A stretch of 53,569 bases of DNA from a virus: IMG/VR virus record IMGVR_UViG_3300045988_160359, positions 1-53,569 of that record. One strand, given 5' to 3'. The position numbers and the translations under genes were made by a program. Below the pieces are notes generated by a model. It made no database searches. It was not told where the DNA came from and worked only from the letters and a program-made list of their open reading frames with translations. Position 1 is the first letter of the stretch; each line of letters opens with the position of its first letter. Below, one piece after another: positions 1-8,894 of the stretch.

Positions 1-11
1 CTTTCTTCATC

Positions 12-52
12 TTATATATATATTATATTATAAATTTATAAAAAAATCAAAT
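12..52. repeat. AT-rich ~40-45 bp element, copy 1
   Basis: tatatatatattatattataaatttataaaaaaatcaa is about 85% identical to the sequence at 2813..2855. The two copies are in direct orientation and flank the early gene block 87..2758. Confidence 0.45.
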
Positions 53-74
53 AAGAGTATTTGGCATCGCCAAA
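43..74. terminator. Hairpin terminator downstream of minus-strand gene 87..398
   Basis: Perfect 13-bp inverted repeat aagagtatttggc / gccaaatactctt. It is flanked by an A-run on one side and T-rich sequence on the other, so it could act on either strand. Confidence 0.5.
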
Positions 75-86
75 TACTCTTATATA

Positions 87-398
87 TTAGTGTCCAAAAT
101 CATAAATTGAGGTTTCGTATACGAATGAATCGTACTGACAGAGACGGAGGTCAGGCTCAATATCCTTCCACCAATCGGGGCAGTATGTAATCTCAGGATA
201 ATGTTCAGCGCGCTGACACATCTGAATATCATCATCCAGGAGTTCCTCGACAAATGCGAGACAAATCTCTTCGGCTTCTGCGCGGTCAATGCCGTGGAAA
301 ATATAGCGCTGGTCAGCATAGAGGGAATCGGGCTCGACAACAAATGCTTTGCGGATTTTAACAGCCATTTTCAATTCTCCTTGTATTGATTTTTCCAA
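87..398 (-). CDS. Hypothetical early protein (103 aa)
   Basis: Intact ORF in the standard code, in the same orientation as the whole early block. No motif recognised. Confidence 0.5.
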   Translation of the reverse strand: MEKSIQGELKMAVKIRKAFVVEPDSLYADQRYIFHGIDRAEAEEICLAFVEELLDDDIQMCQRAEHYPEITYCPDWWKDIEPDLRLCQYDSFVYETSIYDFGH

Positions 399-456
399 AA
401 TTATTTGGTATAATGATAATAGAAATATAAGGTGGTGAAAATCTTGACGAATTTAA

Positions 457-825
457 TTACGCATTATCATAATCAAATATATCTTCATAGTCGCGGTCGT
501 CGTCTATCGCTCGAATCGCGTAAGAATCAATATATTCATTACGCACATCAATGGACATTTCAATTGCGTCTCTATACATTTCTTTGGTTAATGCTGCTGA
601 TTTACCATTTTTGCGCGCGTTTTCTTCCAGTTCGGCAATTATATCATCGAGAGTAGGTAGACGATATTCATTTTCACACTCTTCATAGCGCAAGCAAGTT
701 TCATTGTATGCGCTAGCCTCGGCATCTTCATCATTGTCGAAACGGGCCGAGAACAGATATAGAAATGTGTCAGGTTCATCGACAGTTTCGATGTAGGAAT
801 AGAGATTATAGAGTTCCATTTTCAA
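457..825 (-). CDS. Highly acidic small early protein (122 aa), possible DNA mimic
   Basis: Intact ORF. By my count about 34 Asp/Glu against about 12 Lys/Arg, giving a strong net negative charge. The function is inferred only. Confidence 0.5.
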   Translation of the reverse strand: MKMELYNLYSYIETVDEPDTFLYLFSARFDNDEDAEASAYNETCLRYEECENEYRLPTLDDIIAELEENARKNGKSAALTKEMYRDAIEMSIDVRNEYIDSYAIRAIDDDRDYEDIFDYDNA

Positions 826-1158
826 ATGCCTCTTTAATTAGATTATCATCTTCTACTGGAACGGCGTAAAACCACATATCTACGGTAGTATTCATACAGT
901 ATTGTTTACGCCCGATAGCATCCATTAATTTAGAGTCGATACCTTTTTCAATAAGATAGGGATTCCGGTGCGCCAGGTCGATATAATCTTCAACTCGACC
1001 AATCTGAGGCTCCCACTCAAATTGACTGTCGATACATCGAGTGGCTGCATAGAGAGTGGCCTCATGGAAATTTTCAAACTCTTTTGATTTTTCTTGAATA
1101 CAAGGCGTTTCTCGGTCTGGCGAGAAAACATTATAATAGTAAATATTATACAGCATTA
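806..1158 (-). CDS. Hypothetical early protein
   Basis: The start is placed at the internal Met of MLYNIYYY, which is preceded by GGAGGAG. The track ORF runs 806..1210. Confidence 0.4.
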
Positions 1159-1364
1159 ATACGCTCTCCTCCGTCTCGACTTTCCCAAGCCTCAACGAGA
1201 CGCTTAGCATCCTGCGCGCAAATCGTGATAGGGGCGATATACTCAGACCCTCCGATAGGGAGAATTTTCAGTTTATTGCCGATGCCGATATAGAATGAAC
1301 TGATGGTGTCGAGGTCGATACAGAAACAGCCACAGTCTTCAAGGTTAATTCTAAATAGTGTCAT
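1146..1364 (-). CDS. Hypothetical small early protein
   Basis: The start is placed at MTLFRINLEDCGCF, preceded by GGAGGATGG. The track ORF runs 1146..1412. Confidence 0.4.
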   Translation of the reverse strand: MTLFRINLEDCGCFCIDLDTISSFYIGIGNKLKILPIGGSEYIAPITICAQDAKRLVEAWESRDGGERINAV

Positions 1365-1558
1365 TCTCTTCCATCCTCCGGTATCCAAATTACTGCCGGG
1401 ATTGCTTTCCATACTACTTCTGGAATATCGCCAAACTTATCGAGTGCCTTATCATAGGCATAGGTATCTGCGACGAGGGGATTATTTTCCTCGATAGTTT
1501 CAAGGTAATAAATCGCACCACGTTTGCCGATGTAGATGTCGTAGCCCTTACGTTTCAT
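1361..1558 (-). CDS. Hypothetical small early protein
   Basis: The start is placed at MKRKGYD, preceded by GGAGGAG. The track ORF runs 1361..1612. Confidence 0.4.
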   Translation of the reverse strand: MKRKGYDIYIGKRGAIYYLETIEENNPLVADTYAYDKALDKFGDIPEVVWKAIPAVIWIPEDGRE

Positions 1559-1686
1559 ACGCTCCTCCTGGTCAGTTTTGTTAAATTTAAGAATTTTGCC
1601 CAACGTGCTCACACATTAATGATTACGTCAGGCGAAGGAAAATTTGTTTTAGTCCGAGCAAGAAGCCAATTCTGGCGAATCTTGTT

Positions 1687-1854
1687 GAGTTATTCATCTT
1701 TTGTGGGAAACGGAAATTTATAGGAACCGCCATTTTTGAGAAGCATTACTGTGCTGAAATTTACCTCGCCATTATAGACTTTGGCGACACCAATGATTTC
1801 ACTGGCTTCAACGGTGAAGTAAGGAGAACCGTTATGCATTACTGTAAATATCAT
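1687..1854 (-). CDS. Small ORF (~55 aa) coupled to the upstream gene by an ATGA start/stop overlap
   Basis: Its ATG overlaps the TGA stop of gene 1851..2300. The sequence reads MIFTVMHNGSPYFTVEAS.... It is below the ORF-track size cutoff. Confidence 0.3.
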
Positions 1855-2300
1855 ATAACCTCCTGAATGTTAGCGCAGTATCGAAGTTGTTTATTACAAC
1901 TTTCTGTTTCAGCGTCCCAACAAGGACAACCTTTCTTACACGTAATGAGGATTCTGTCGGGGTTTTTTATAATCGTCTGTCCTATCATATTTCCCTGACG
2001 GATTTGTTTTTGTATTTGTTTCGGAAGTGGCGATGGGTCTGTTTCAAAAAGGCAGATATTCCCATTATGGCAATTATCACATGTAGACAGACGATTACAG
2101 CAATCTGAACAAACAATCTTATTACTTTTGCTATCATAAATTACCTCAGTATGGTGAATTTGACGGTGGCAAATGTCGCACTCGTAGCGTTTGCTACTGA
2201 ATGAGGCACAAGCAATGTTGTGAGAGATAGCCGGTTGTCCACTAATCTTACAGCGCATATCATCGAAATAGGCGCACTCTTTACAGGTTCTTTGCCACAT
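1851..2300 (-). CDS. Cysteine-rich multi-zinc-ribbon protein (149 aa)
   Basis: Many CxxC and CxxH pairs, for example CKEC, CDIC, CSDCC, CDNC and CPC. The function is unknown. Confidence 0.55.
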   Translation of the reverse strand: MWQRTCKECAYFDDMRCKISGQPAISHNIACASFSSKRYECDICHRQIHHTEVIYDSKSNKIVCSDCCNRLSTCDNCHNGNICLFETDPSPLPKQIQKQIRQGNMIGQTIIKNPDRILITCKKGCPCWDAETESCNKQLRYCANIQEVI

Positions 2301-2758
2301 TAGGTTTCATCTCCGTGGCTGGGCATCTCAATAGGGAGGCCGTTCTTAACGCACTCATTGATATATTCGATAGACTGCTGAGACAGAGGGAGTTTGTCAG
2401 AGGGGCCATAGTTGCCGCTGGTCAGATGCTTCTCAATTTCCTTCATAACTTCATCAGTCTTTTCTGCGGACAGCACAGAATTAACATTCTTAAATTGAAC
2501 ATTTTTGTCCTCGCGCGCGTAATCGCTGCTGAAATAGTCGTACTTGGTAATCTTATCAGCAATCCAGTCGGGCGTCAGGAGGACTTCACCGGGCTCCATA
2601 CCTTCAATTTTGATATCCGCGATGTCTTCATCATCAACCATATCACAAACCTTCTCAACCGCATTGGCATAATTTTCGGCATATACGAAACCGTGAGCAT
2701 TCTGTTCAGCGCCATCGAAGAAATGGACGTCGAAACGATAAAAGCCGGCAGCATTCAT
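2300..2758 (-). CDS. Hypothetical early protein (152 aa)
   Basis: Intact ORF preceded by GGAGG. It is the last GC-richer gene before the AT-rich island. Confidence 0.5.
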   Translation of the reverse strand: MNAAGFYRFDVHFFDGAEQNAHGFVYAENYANAVEKVCDMVDDEDIADIKIEGMEPGEVLLTPDWIADKITKYDYFSSDYAREDKNVQFKNVNSVLSAEKTDEVMKEIEKHLTSGNYGPSDKLPLSQQSIEYINECVKNGLPIEMPSHGDET

Positions 2759-2812
2759 ATTTATTACCTCCTGATTAGTTGTAGTTGAACTGTTGTTAAT
2801 TCATTTCTTATT

Positions 2813-2855
2813 GTTTATATATATATTATATAAAAATTTTTATTAAAAATCAATT
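2813..2855. repeat. AT-rich ~40-45 bp element, copy 2, at the left edge of the AT-rich island
   Basis: tatatatatattatataaaaatttttattaaaaatcaa. Compare with 12..52. Confidence 0.45.
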
Positions 2856-2940
2856 AATTATACATTGTACGGCACGCGGAGGACAAAATAGGACAAACAT
2901 ATAAATTATATTTTCAAGATATGGTGAGAGGTGATAAAAA

Positions 2941-3096
2941 TTGGCAAATGAGAATAATACAGTTAAAATCAGTGTTAGACTGACACAAACTGAGAAAGAT
3001 GAATTACAAAATTTTGCCCAAGCGCAGGATTTAACAATGTCTCAGGTTATACGCAAGGCATTGAAAGAGTATATGAATAAAACAGACAGAATCTAA
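2941..3096 (+). CDS. Ribbon-helix-helix (Arc/CopG/omega-like) DNA-binding protein, ~51 aa, TTG start
   Basis: The translation ...VKISVRLTQTEKDELQNFAQAQDLTMSQVIRKALKEYM has the typical RHH beta-strand plus two helices. The TTG start lies 6 nt after GAGAGGTGA. It is below the ORF-track cutoff. Confidence 0.5.
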   Translation: MANENNTVKISVRLTQTEKDELQNFAQAQDLTMSQVIRKALKEYMNKTDRI

Positions 3097-3111
3097 GGAG
3101 TTGCCAAATTA

Positions 3112-3330
3112 ATGCTAAATACTAATAAAAGAAAAATTATATACTCATTAAGAGTATATGTAGGGCTTAAAGAACGAGGGTTTATCCCTATTGCAACAAC
3201 AGAAAATCCTACCAAACCTAATTTTATGTGTTGGATATTTGAACGGTCAGATGAGTTTGATGATGCATTAAAAGAACTTATGCCTGAATGTAAAAATTAT
3301 AAGTCAGGTGGTGAAAAGTCTAATGGCTGA
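3112..3330 (+). CDS. Hypothetical 72-aa protein
   Basis: ATG preceded by AAGGAG. The stop overlaps the start of the next gene as ATGGCTGA. Confidence 0.45.
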   Translation: MLNTNKRKIIYSLRVYVGLKERGFIPIATTENPTKPNFMCWIFERSDEFDDALKELMPECKNYKSGGEKSNG

Positions 3331-3766
3331 TGTTGAAAAACGTTTTGTATTTTATGGAGAATGGTTAAACAATATTAAATCATTAGATTAGGCCACTTAG
3401 GATAAGGTTATTGCTGATATTGTGCGTTATGGCACTAATGAAGATATGTTTTATAGTGATGACCCTGTGGTATCAACTATTGTTAATTTTACCAAAGGGG
3501 CAATTGACCATTCAAAAGATGAATATTTAAAAAAGGTTATGGCAGGTAAAACAAATGGTAGAAAGAAATCTGTTGATGATGATTAGATATTAAAACTTGC
3601 GAGAGAAGGTAAAACCGCGAGTTAGATTGCGGAATTATTGAATTTGAGTGTGAGTTCAGTGAATCATAGCGAGGGATGGAAGCGTCGTAAAGAATCAGTT
3701 GCTGAAAAATCAGTCGTTGAAGAATCGGTGCTTGAATAGAAAAAACCAGTTGAGTTTATATTTTAA
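3323..3766 (+). CDS. DNA-binding protein with a C-terminal resolvase-type HTH; needs read-through of 5 in-frame TAG codons
   Basis: When TAG is read as sense, the single frame gives ...GRKKSVDDD-x-ILKLAREGKTAS-x-IAELLNLSVSSV. Gln fits the HTH consensus at TAS-Q-IAELL. Under the standard code the ORF is only 21 aa long. Confidence 0.5.
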
Positions 3767-3950
3767 TTGCAAATTTGCAAAAATGTTTTTGCAAATTAAT
3801 TGCAATGCAATGCAAAAATGTTTTGCAAATTTTGCAAGTTTGATTGCAACTTGTTGCAATTGCAAATTGCATTATATAATATATATTTTTGCAAAAAAAT
3901 TGCAAAGTTTTTGCAAATTGCAAAAACTTATTTGCAATTTTATTTGACAA
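3766..3950. repeat. Dense array of about 15 copies of the palindromic hexamer TTGCAA, mostly as TTTGCAAA or ATTGCAAT
   Basis: Directly visible in the sequence, for example ttgcaaatttgcaaaaatgtttttgcaaattaattgcaatgcaatgcaaaa...ttgcaattgcaaattgca. Confidence 0.7.
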
Positions 3951-4327
3951 AACTAACGCTGTGGCACTTGAAAAGTGGCAGTAATGGAAAATTTGGAATA
4001 AAAAGTTCCTATTAATGTATAAATATAATATATAAAAAGGATGTATATGGGTATGATAAATTTTTATAAAGGTTCTTATGAGAATTTAGTAAGTAAAGCA
4101 TTAAATTTTTAGAAAATAGATAATATATATTTAACTAATAATAATGATTTATATTTTTGTATTGAGGAAGCAGGAAGGGTAAATAAGGACGTAGAGAATC
4201 CATTTTTAAATGATAATATAAATGAAATATATGGGTTTAATATATAAAAATAAGAAATAAGCGCATACTTACTTTTTATTTGAATTTAATTAGAAAAATT
4301 ATAAATAGGTAAAAGGAGAAATAAAAA

Positions 4328-4807
4328 ATGGGTTATCATAGTGGATTAAATGGGGAATATAATATTCCTGTGGAAGTAAATAATAAGAATGTAGCGCATT
4401 TTAAAAGATGCTGTAAAGAAGAAGTGCCTGAAAAGGCAATTAAAATAGAAACATATTTAAAAGATGATACAATCTATTTTGTATTACCAAATAATTATAA
4501 ACCTGTAAAGATTTGTTTTGATAGTAATGAAGAAGATAAATGCTATGCCTATGGTGGTAAGGGCAATAAAAAGTTGAATACTAATATTGATTTTACTTCA
4601 TCAGACCCTCGTACTACTGGATATTATTAGAATAATGATTATGTAAATATTAGTGATACGACAGATTACGCATAGCCTAATAATACTTATGTTTCTATAT
4701 TTGATTCTCTTCTGGATTTAAGTAAACAAGTAAATGCTATGGGGTATAAAGCAGAAGACGCTAGTGATGTATTAAATAATATATTTGATAAGTTATATAG
4801 TAAATAA
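4328..4807 (+). CDS. Hypothetical protein (~159 aa) with 2 in-frame TAG codons
   Basis: RBS AAAGGAG. Track ORF 4328..4630 ends at a TAG. The same frame then continues to a TAA at 4805-4807. Confidence 0.45.
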
Positions 4808-4961
4808 TTAACAAGGTTAATATTGTGGCATTTGATTTATATATAAAATTATTATATAATATTTATATATAAGAATAGGAGGTGCCATTTTTGAAATTTC
4901 ATTTGAAAAATGGGGTATAAATAGACATTTTGAAAAATGAAATGAAAAAATGAAATGAAAA

Positions 4962-5345
4962 ATGAAAAATGAATTTACTTATGATGAATTGAAAAATAAA
5001 TACAGTAAAAGAGTTGGAAATTATAAAGGCAGAGATGTAATTGTACGCTCTAAATATGATGATTTGGGCGATAATGTATATATTTTATATGATTATAACA
5101 ATGCCCTTATTGTTGATGGCTATTGGATTGCGACTATCAGTGAAGATGGTAGTTTAAATCATAGAAGAGCAACACCCTGGATTAAGATGGATCGAGCCTC
5201 GCCGGCGGGCAGGCCACTAACGTGTCCTGAAAGTGATTCGGGTGGCGAGAATGATATTAGTCTTGATGTTGACTCAACTCTCGTTGATTCTCTCTTGGAA
5301 TCGGCGTATAATGATATTTTGAGCGATTTGATGTATAAAGAATAA
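4962..5345 (+). CDS. Hypothetical protein (127 aa)
   Basis: Intact ORF preceded by an ATGAAA repeat leader. Confidence 0.45.
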   Translation: MKNEFTYDELKNKYSKRVGNYKGRDVIVRSKYDDLGDNVYILYDYNNALIVDGYWIATISEDGSLNHRRATPWIKMDRASPAGRPLTCPESDSGGENDISLDVDSTLVDSLLESAYNDILSDLMYKE

Positions 5346-5347
5346 AA

Positions 5348-5388
5348 AAATGGAGTGGTTTATCGCCACTCCATTTTTTTTAACCAAT
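5348..5388 (+). terminator. Rho-independent terminator closing the island operon
   Basis: ggagtggtttatcgccactcc hairpin followed by tttttttt and preceded by an A-run. Confidence 0.6.
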
Positions 5389-5770
5389 GATGTTTTTTTT
5401 GACTTATAACGCTTTTTTGAATCTGAGGTTAATACTTATTTAATTGTTTTATCTCCTAATAAACTAAATTAAATAAACCTATTAGCGGGGTTAATGAATA
5501 TAATTGTAAATAACGAATAATGGAACCTTATAATGTTTTTTCTTAATAACAAAATGATTATGGTAGAATGATGATAGTTTTGAAAAATTGAAAAATGAGA
5601 AAATGATGGAAGTTTGGTGCCCCCGCTCGGTACCAACTCATCACTCAATTTCATCGTTATCGTCATCCTCTGAATTTTTCAAGATACCCTTTCCAAAAAA
5701 CGTCGAGCCCAGGTATTCTAATCGCCAATTTCCCAAATAAAAAATACCTGGGCCGACACGTTAATCGAAA

Positions 5771-6145
5771 TTAAATGCGAGAAATCCAGTCGTTGAGAAT
5801 TTCGTCTACGGTTTTACCTTTCTTAATCGCACCCTTAGAGTTTGTCTCAAACCGGAAACCAGGCAGTTCAATCTTGAAGTTACCAGGGTCCTTGTAGAAT
5901 TTAAGGAAGTTGTCCATTACCTTAATGACGTCCTCGCCCTTCAACTCTGCACCCTTATAGCCGACGTAGGCCGCATAGTCGTTGATAGCATCGGCAACCG
6001 CTTCCGCTCGGGCCATCTTTTCTTTGTCCTTCTTCTGGTCAGCATATGCCTTGGTGGCGTCATTTAGCATCGCAGTCATTTCCTTAGCAATATCCTCAGC
6101 GCTCTCGCCATTCATTAAGCGCGTCAGAATATCGTTCTTATTCAT
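5771..6145 (-). CDS. Hypothetical early protein (124 aa)
   Basis: Intact ORF. Confidence 0.5.
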   Translation of the reverse strand: MNKNDILTRLMNGESAEDIAKEMTAMLNDATKAYADQKKDKEKMARAEAVADAINDYAAYVGYKGAELKGEDVIKVMDNFLKFYKDPGNFKIELPGFRFETNSKGAIKKGKTVDEILNDWISRI

Positions 6146-6249
6146 ATAAATAACCTCTTTTCATTTTGTATACATATATTATACAAAAAATTTTTTTAAA
6201 AGTCAAGTGAGAAAAAAAATGTTTTTTTTTATCATTATAACATAAATTT

Positions 6250-6490
6250 TTTTTTATGTCAAACCGGGCGGCATATGGGTACCGCTCGGGGCCCTTTACG
6301 GGATTTTTAGGGCGCATATGGAGGCCGCTAGAATTACGGAAAATTTTCCATATGGGGGTACAGATCGGAATTTCGGACCGCAGCGCCCGCGCTCGGCCCG
6401 TTGTATCCTCCCCTTTTATTATACCACACTGGGCTCGCGCTGTCAATAGGCAAAATGAACAAAAATTAAGGGTGGATTTCTCCACCCTTA
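6250..6490 (-). promoter_or_regulatory. Variant terminator-promoter-leader module upstream of 5771..6145
   Basis: On the minus strand the gggtggagaaatccaccc hairpin plus T-run terminator is followed by TTGACA-N17-TATAAT and a long GC-rich leader. Confidence 0.4.
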
Positions 6491-6494
6491 ATTT

Positions 6495-7103
6495 TTAATC
6501 CTCCCACGGCAGTTCGGGCGAGATTTCGTCCAGTTCCGCCTTGTCGTTATAGTCAGCGTTGATTGCCGGAATGTCGATAAACGAACGGCTTGCCACATAG
6601 TCAGCCATGTGTACCAGTCTGTCGATAGGAGTAAACGGTCTATCCGCCTTGTTGGTAGTCCACTGACCCATGTGGGACTTGATGGCTTGCGTCAACTCAT
6701 AGGGGCAATCCTCATTGAAAAACACCATCCATGTCCGGCAAACTTGGTCAGCGGCAATCGCGCCGTGCTGGGCATACTGTTCCTTGTCGAACTCGTGTAA
6801 GCCATACTTGGCTGTATCGTGGAGCAGACAGGCAACTCGTGCGTAGTCCTTGCGCTCGTCAGTCAGATACGCCCACTGGCTCATACGGAGCAATTCCTCA
6901 CAGAACCACGCCACCGCCTTAGTGTGCCGAACCAGACCGCCCTCACCCTGCGACATAGTCGGATGGAACTTACCGGAAGAACTTGCGCCGATAGTCTAGA
7001 AATAATCAGGAACGCGGCAGTCGAAGTAGAAACGCACGAACGAGCGCAAATCCTCGGACTGGATAAACTCGATTTCGTGGTCAAAAAACTGGCTCTTATT
7101 CAT
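6495..7103 (-). CDS. HD-domain phosphohydrolase; the reading frame contains one in-frame TAG at codon 36
   Basis: HD motif LLHDTAKY, with an upstream His in GKFHP/VRHTKAV. A strong AAGGAG lies 8 nt before the ATG at 7103. Codon 36 is TAG, at plus-strand 6996-6998. The track ORF runs 6495..6956, but its ATG has no RBS. Confidence 0.55.
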
Positions 7104-7227
7104 AGTAGTATCTCCTTGCTGTTGGTGGGTTCCAGCTCCCTCAGATTGTTTATAGTATAGCGCATTTCGGGACAAAATGCAATAGTCAATTTATACAAAC
7201 TTTCGCTGGAAAAATTATTGAAAATGT

Positions 7228-7350
7228 GTATTGACAAAAATGCCGGGCGCCACAATCGTGAGCGCCCGGTTCATTATACCACAGTCAGAGGGTGTTGTCA
7301 ATAGTCAAATTGAATAAAAAAATTGCTCTCAATTGAGAGCAATTTGATAA
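7228..7350 (-). promoter_or_regulatory. Promoter / hairpin / terminator module, minus-strand promoter only
   Basis: On the minus strand TTGACA-N17-TATAAT is followed by the conserved hairpin ccgggcgcc...ggcgcccgg. The aaattgctctcaattgagagcaattt hairpin sits at the gene boundary. Confidence 0.5.
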
Positions 7351-7673
7351 GTTCGACGAATGGTAATTTCAACAGACTTCGGCTTCACAGGACAGGCAAA
7401 TCTGTCATTTCTCACAAACACGCCGTATCCCATTTTCTGCCAATGCTCACGGTTTTTGTCCTCGTATCGCAAAGTGTTATACTTGGAGAGCGGTATCGAA
7501 AAATCGTAAACAAATTCAGAATTGTGCGGTAAACGGTGAATGGCGGTTTTGCGATAGTTTCTTGTGTGTTCCTGCTGTCTGCGTTTTAGGTCGTTAGTAG
7601 TGCCTATTTTCAGAATGTATACACCATTTTCATCATAATAGTGCCCTACATACAAAAATTCCTTGTTTTTCAC
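7329..7673 (-). CDS. GIY-YIG nuclease-domain protein
   Basis: Motifs YVGHYY...GVYILKIGTT...RRQQEH. The start is placed at an in-frame GTG preceded by GAGGA. The track ORF starts at a TTG at 7727. Confidence 0.55.
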   Translation of the reverse strand: MKNKEFLYVGHYYDENGVYILKIGTTNDLKRRQQEHTRNYRKTAIHRLPHNSEFVYDFSIPLSKYNTLRYEDKNREHWQKMGYGVFVRNDRFACPVKPKSVEITIRRTYQIALN

Positions 7674-7723
7674 ACTTTTTTCCTCATTTTTCAGGGAAAA
7701 TGGGGGATTTCTCCCCCATTTTC

Positions 7724-8122
7724 TCAACTTTTCGGCTTGCGCTTCTGCACAAGGGTCAGTTCATAGGAATTTTCACCGATTTTGAACGCAATCTGTCTCT
7801 CTTTGTTGGTAATTTCCACATTTTCACAGGCATTTTCGCTGTTTTCGGTCAAAAATCTTGCCAATTCAGCGATAATGGACGCTTTCGTGGGATTTGCCTT
7901 GCGTTCTCTCGTGGTGAATTTGTATGCGGTGGGGGTTTTGCGTGTGCCAGTTTTGGCGAATTTCTGTGCGACTTTGAGCTGTTCTTTCGACAGGTCAAAA
8001 TCCTGTGCCTTGCCCTTGTCGATTTCTCGGTCAGAGTTCCACACGGCTTCTGCTTCATCAGCCGTCCAGCCCATTTTCGCCATAGCGTTTTTCAGCCATT
8101 CAGTTTTGGAGATTTCAGCCAT
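7724..8122 (-). CDS. Cassette protein B (132 aa), paralog of 10339..10695
   Basis: Shares the motif PTAYKF-x2-RERKANPTK-x-IIAEL with 10339..10695. Confidence 0.55.
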   Translation of the reverse strand: MAEISKTEWLKNAMAKMGWTADEAEAVWNSDREIDKGKAQDFDLSKEQLKVAQKFAKTGTRKTPTAYKFTTRERKANPTKASIIAELARFLTENSENACENVEITNKERQIAFKIGENSYELTLVQKRKPKS

Positions 8123-8182
8123 AAAACACCGCCTTTTTAGATTTTAGAGGATAGGGGGGGAGAATGTCTCCCCCCTCATACC

Positions 8183-8635
8183 TTACTTGGCGGTGAAATA
8201 CGCCTTGCGCTTATCCTCGATACGGTCTGCCTGACCGTCCAGCACCATCTGACGCACCAGAGAGGAGACTTTCTGGTTGGATGCCTCGGCGATAGCGGGG
8301 ACAGACTTCATCAGAGCGGACACAGTGAACTTCTCGCCCTTGTGGGCGTCCAGGAACGCCTTGATGTCAGCCTTGATACCCTCGTTTGCCACCTGCGTGG
8401 CGGTCGGCTTCTTGTCCACGGTGTTCTTGCGGTCGAGCAGTTCCAGCTCATGCTTGGCGAACTCCGCCATCTCTGCGGGAGAAATGTCCACATAGACAGT
8501 CTCGAAGTCCTCGGAAGTGCCGATACGCTGGGAAATGGGGAACTTGAACTCGCCCACCTCGGCAAAGGTTTTGAGGGCGGTGAAGTAGTCGCGCTTGGTC
8601 ATACGGCGGTTAGCGGTGGAAGTGATAGCAGTCAT
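8183..8635 (-). CDS. Cassette protein A, paralog of 10747..11178
   Basis: Shares HELELLDRKNTVDKKPT-x-TQ and NQKVSSLVRQMVLDGQ...EDKRKA with its paralog. The start is placed at the internal Met of MTAITST. Confidence 0.5.
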   Translation of the reverse strand: MTAITSTANRRMTKRDYFTALKTFAEVGEFKFPISQRIGTSEDFETVYVDISPAEMAEFAKHELELLDRKNTVDKKPTATQVANEGIKADIKAFLDAHKGEKFTVSALMKSVPAIAEASNQKVSSLVRQMVLDGQADRIEDKRKAYFTAK

Positions 8636-8894
8636 AGTATCAACCCTTTCTGCGTTTTTAGGTGTCGCCCACCATATTGTTGTTTCCCTCTTGGAACATC
8701 TATATTCTAACACATATCCGAAGCCTTGTCAAGACTTTTTTTCGGATTTGTGGAATTTTTTTTAAGGTACACGCCCCGCCGGAGAACCTCTCGCCCTCTC
8801 CCTTGGAACAATTATATACTACCACACCCTTGGGCAGATTTCAATAGTCAATACTCACAAAAAATGGGATTTTCAACATCCAAAATTTGTGCAA

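Noticed and set aside
3940-3985. Sigma-54 promoter-like TGGCAC...GTGGCA near the end of the TTGCAA array
   Set aside because: Spacing to a TTGC(A/T) -12 element is wrong. It is only a TGGCA direct repeat.
6138-6485. Track ORF (115 aa, minus strand) spanning the intergenic module
   Set aside because: It overlaps the promoter, hairpin and leader module. It has no RBS and its composition is atypical, so it is likely spurious.
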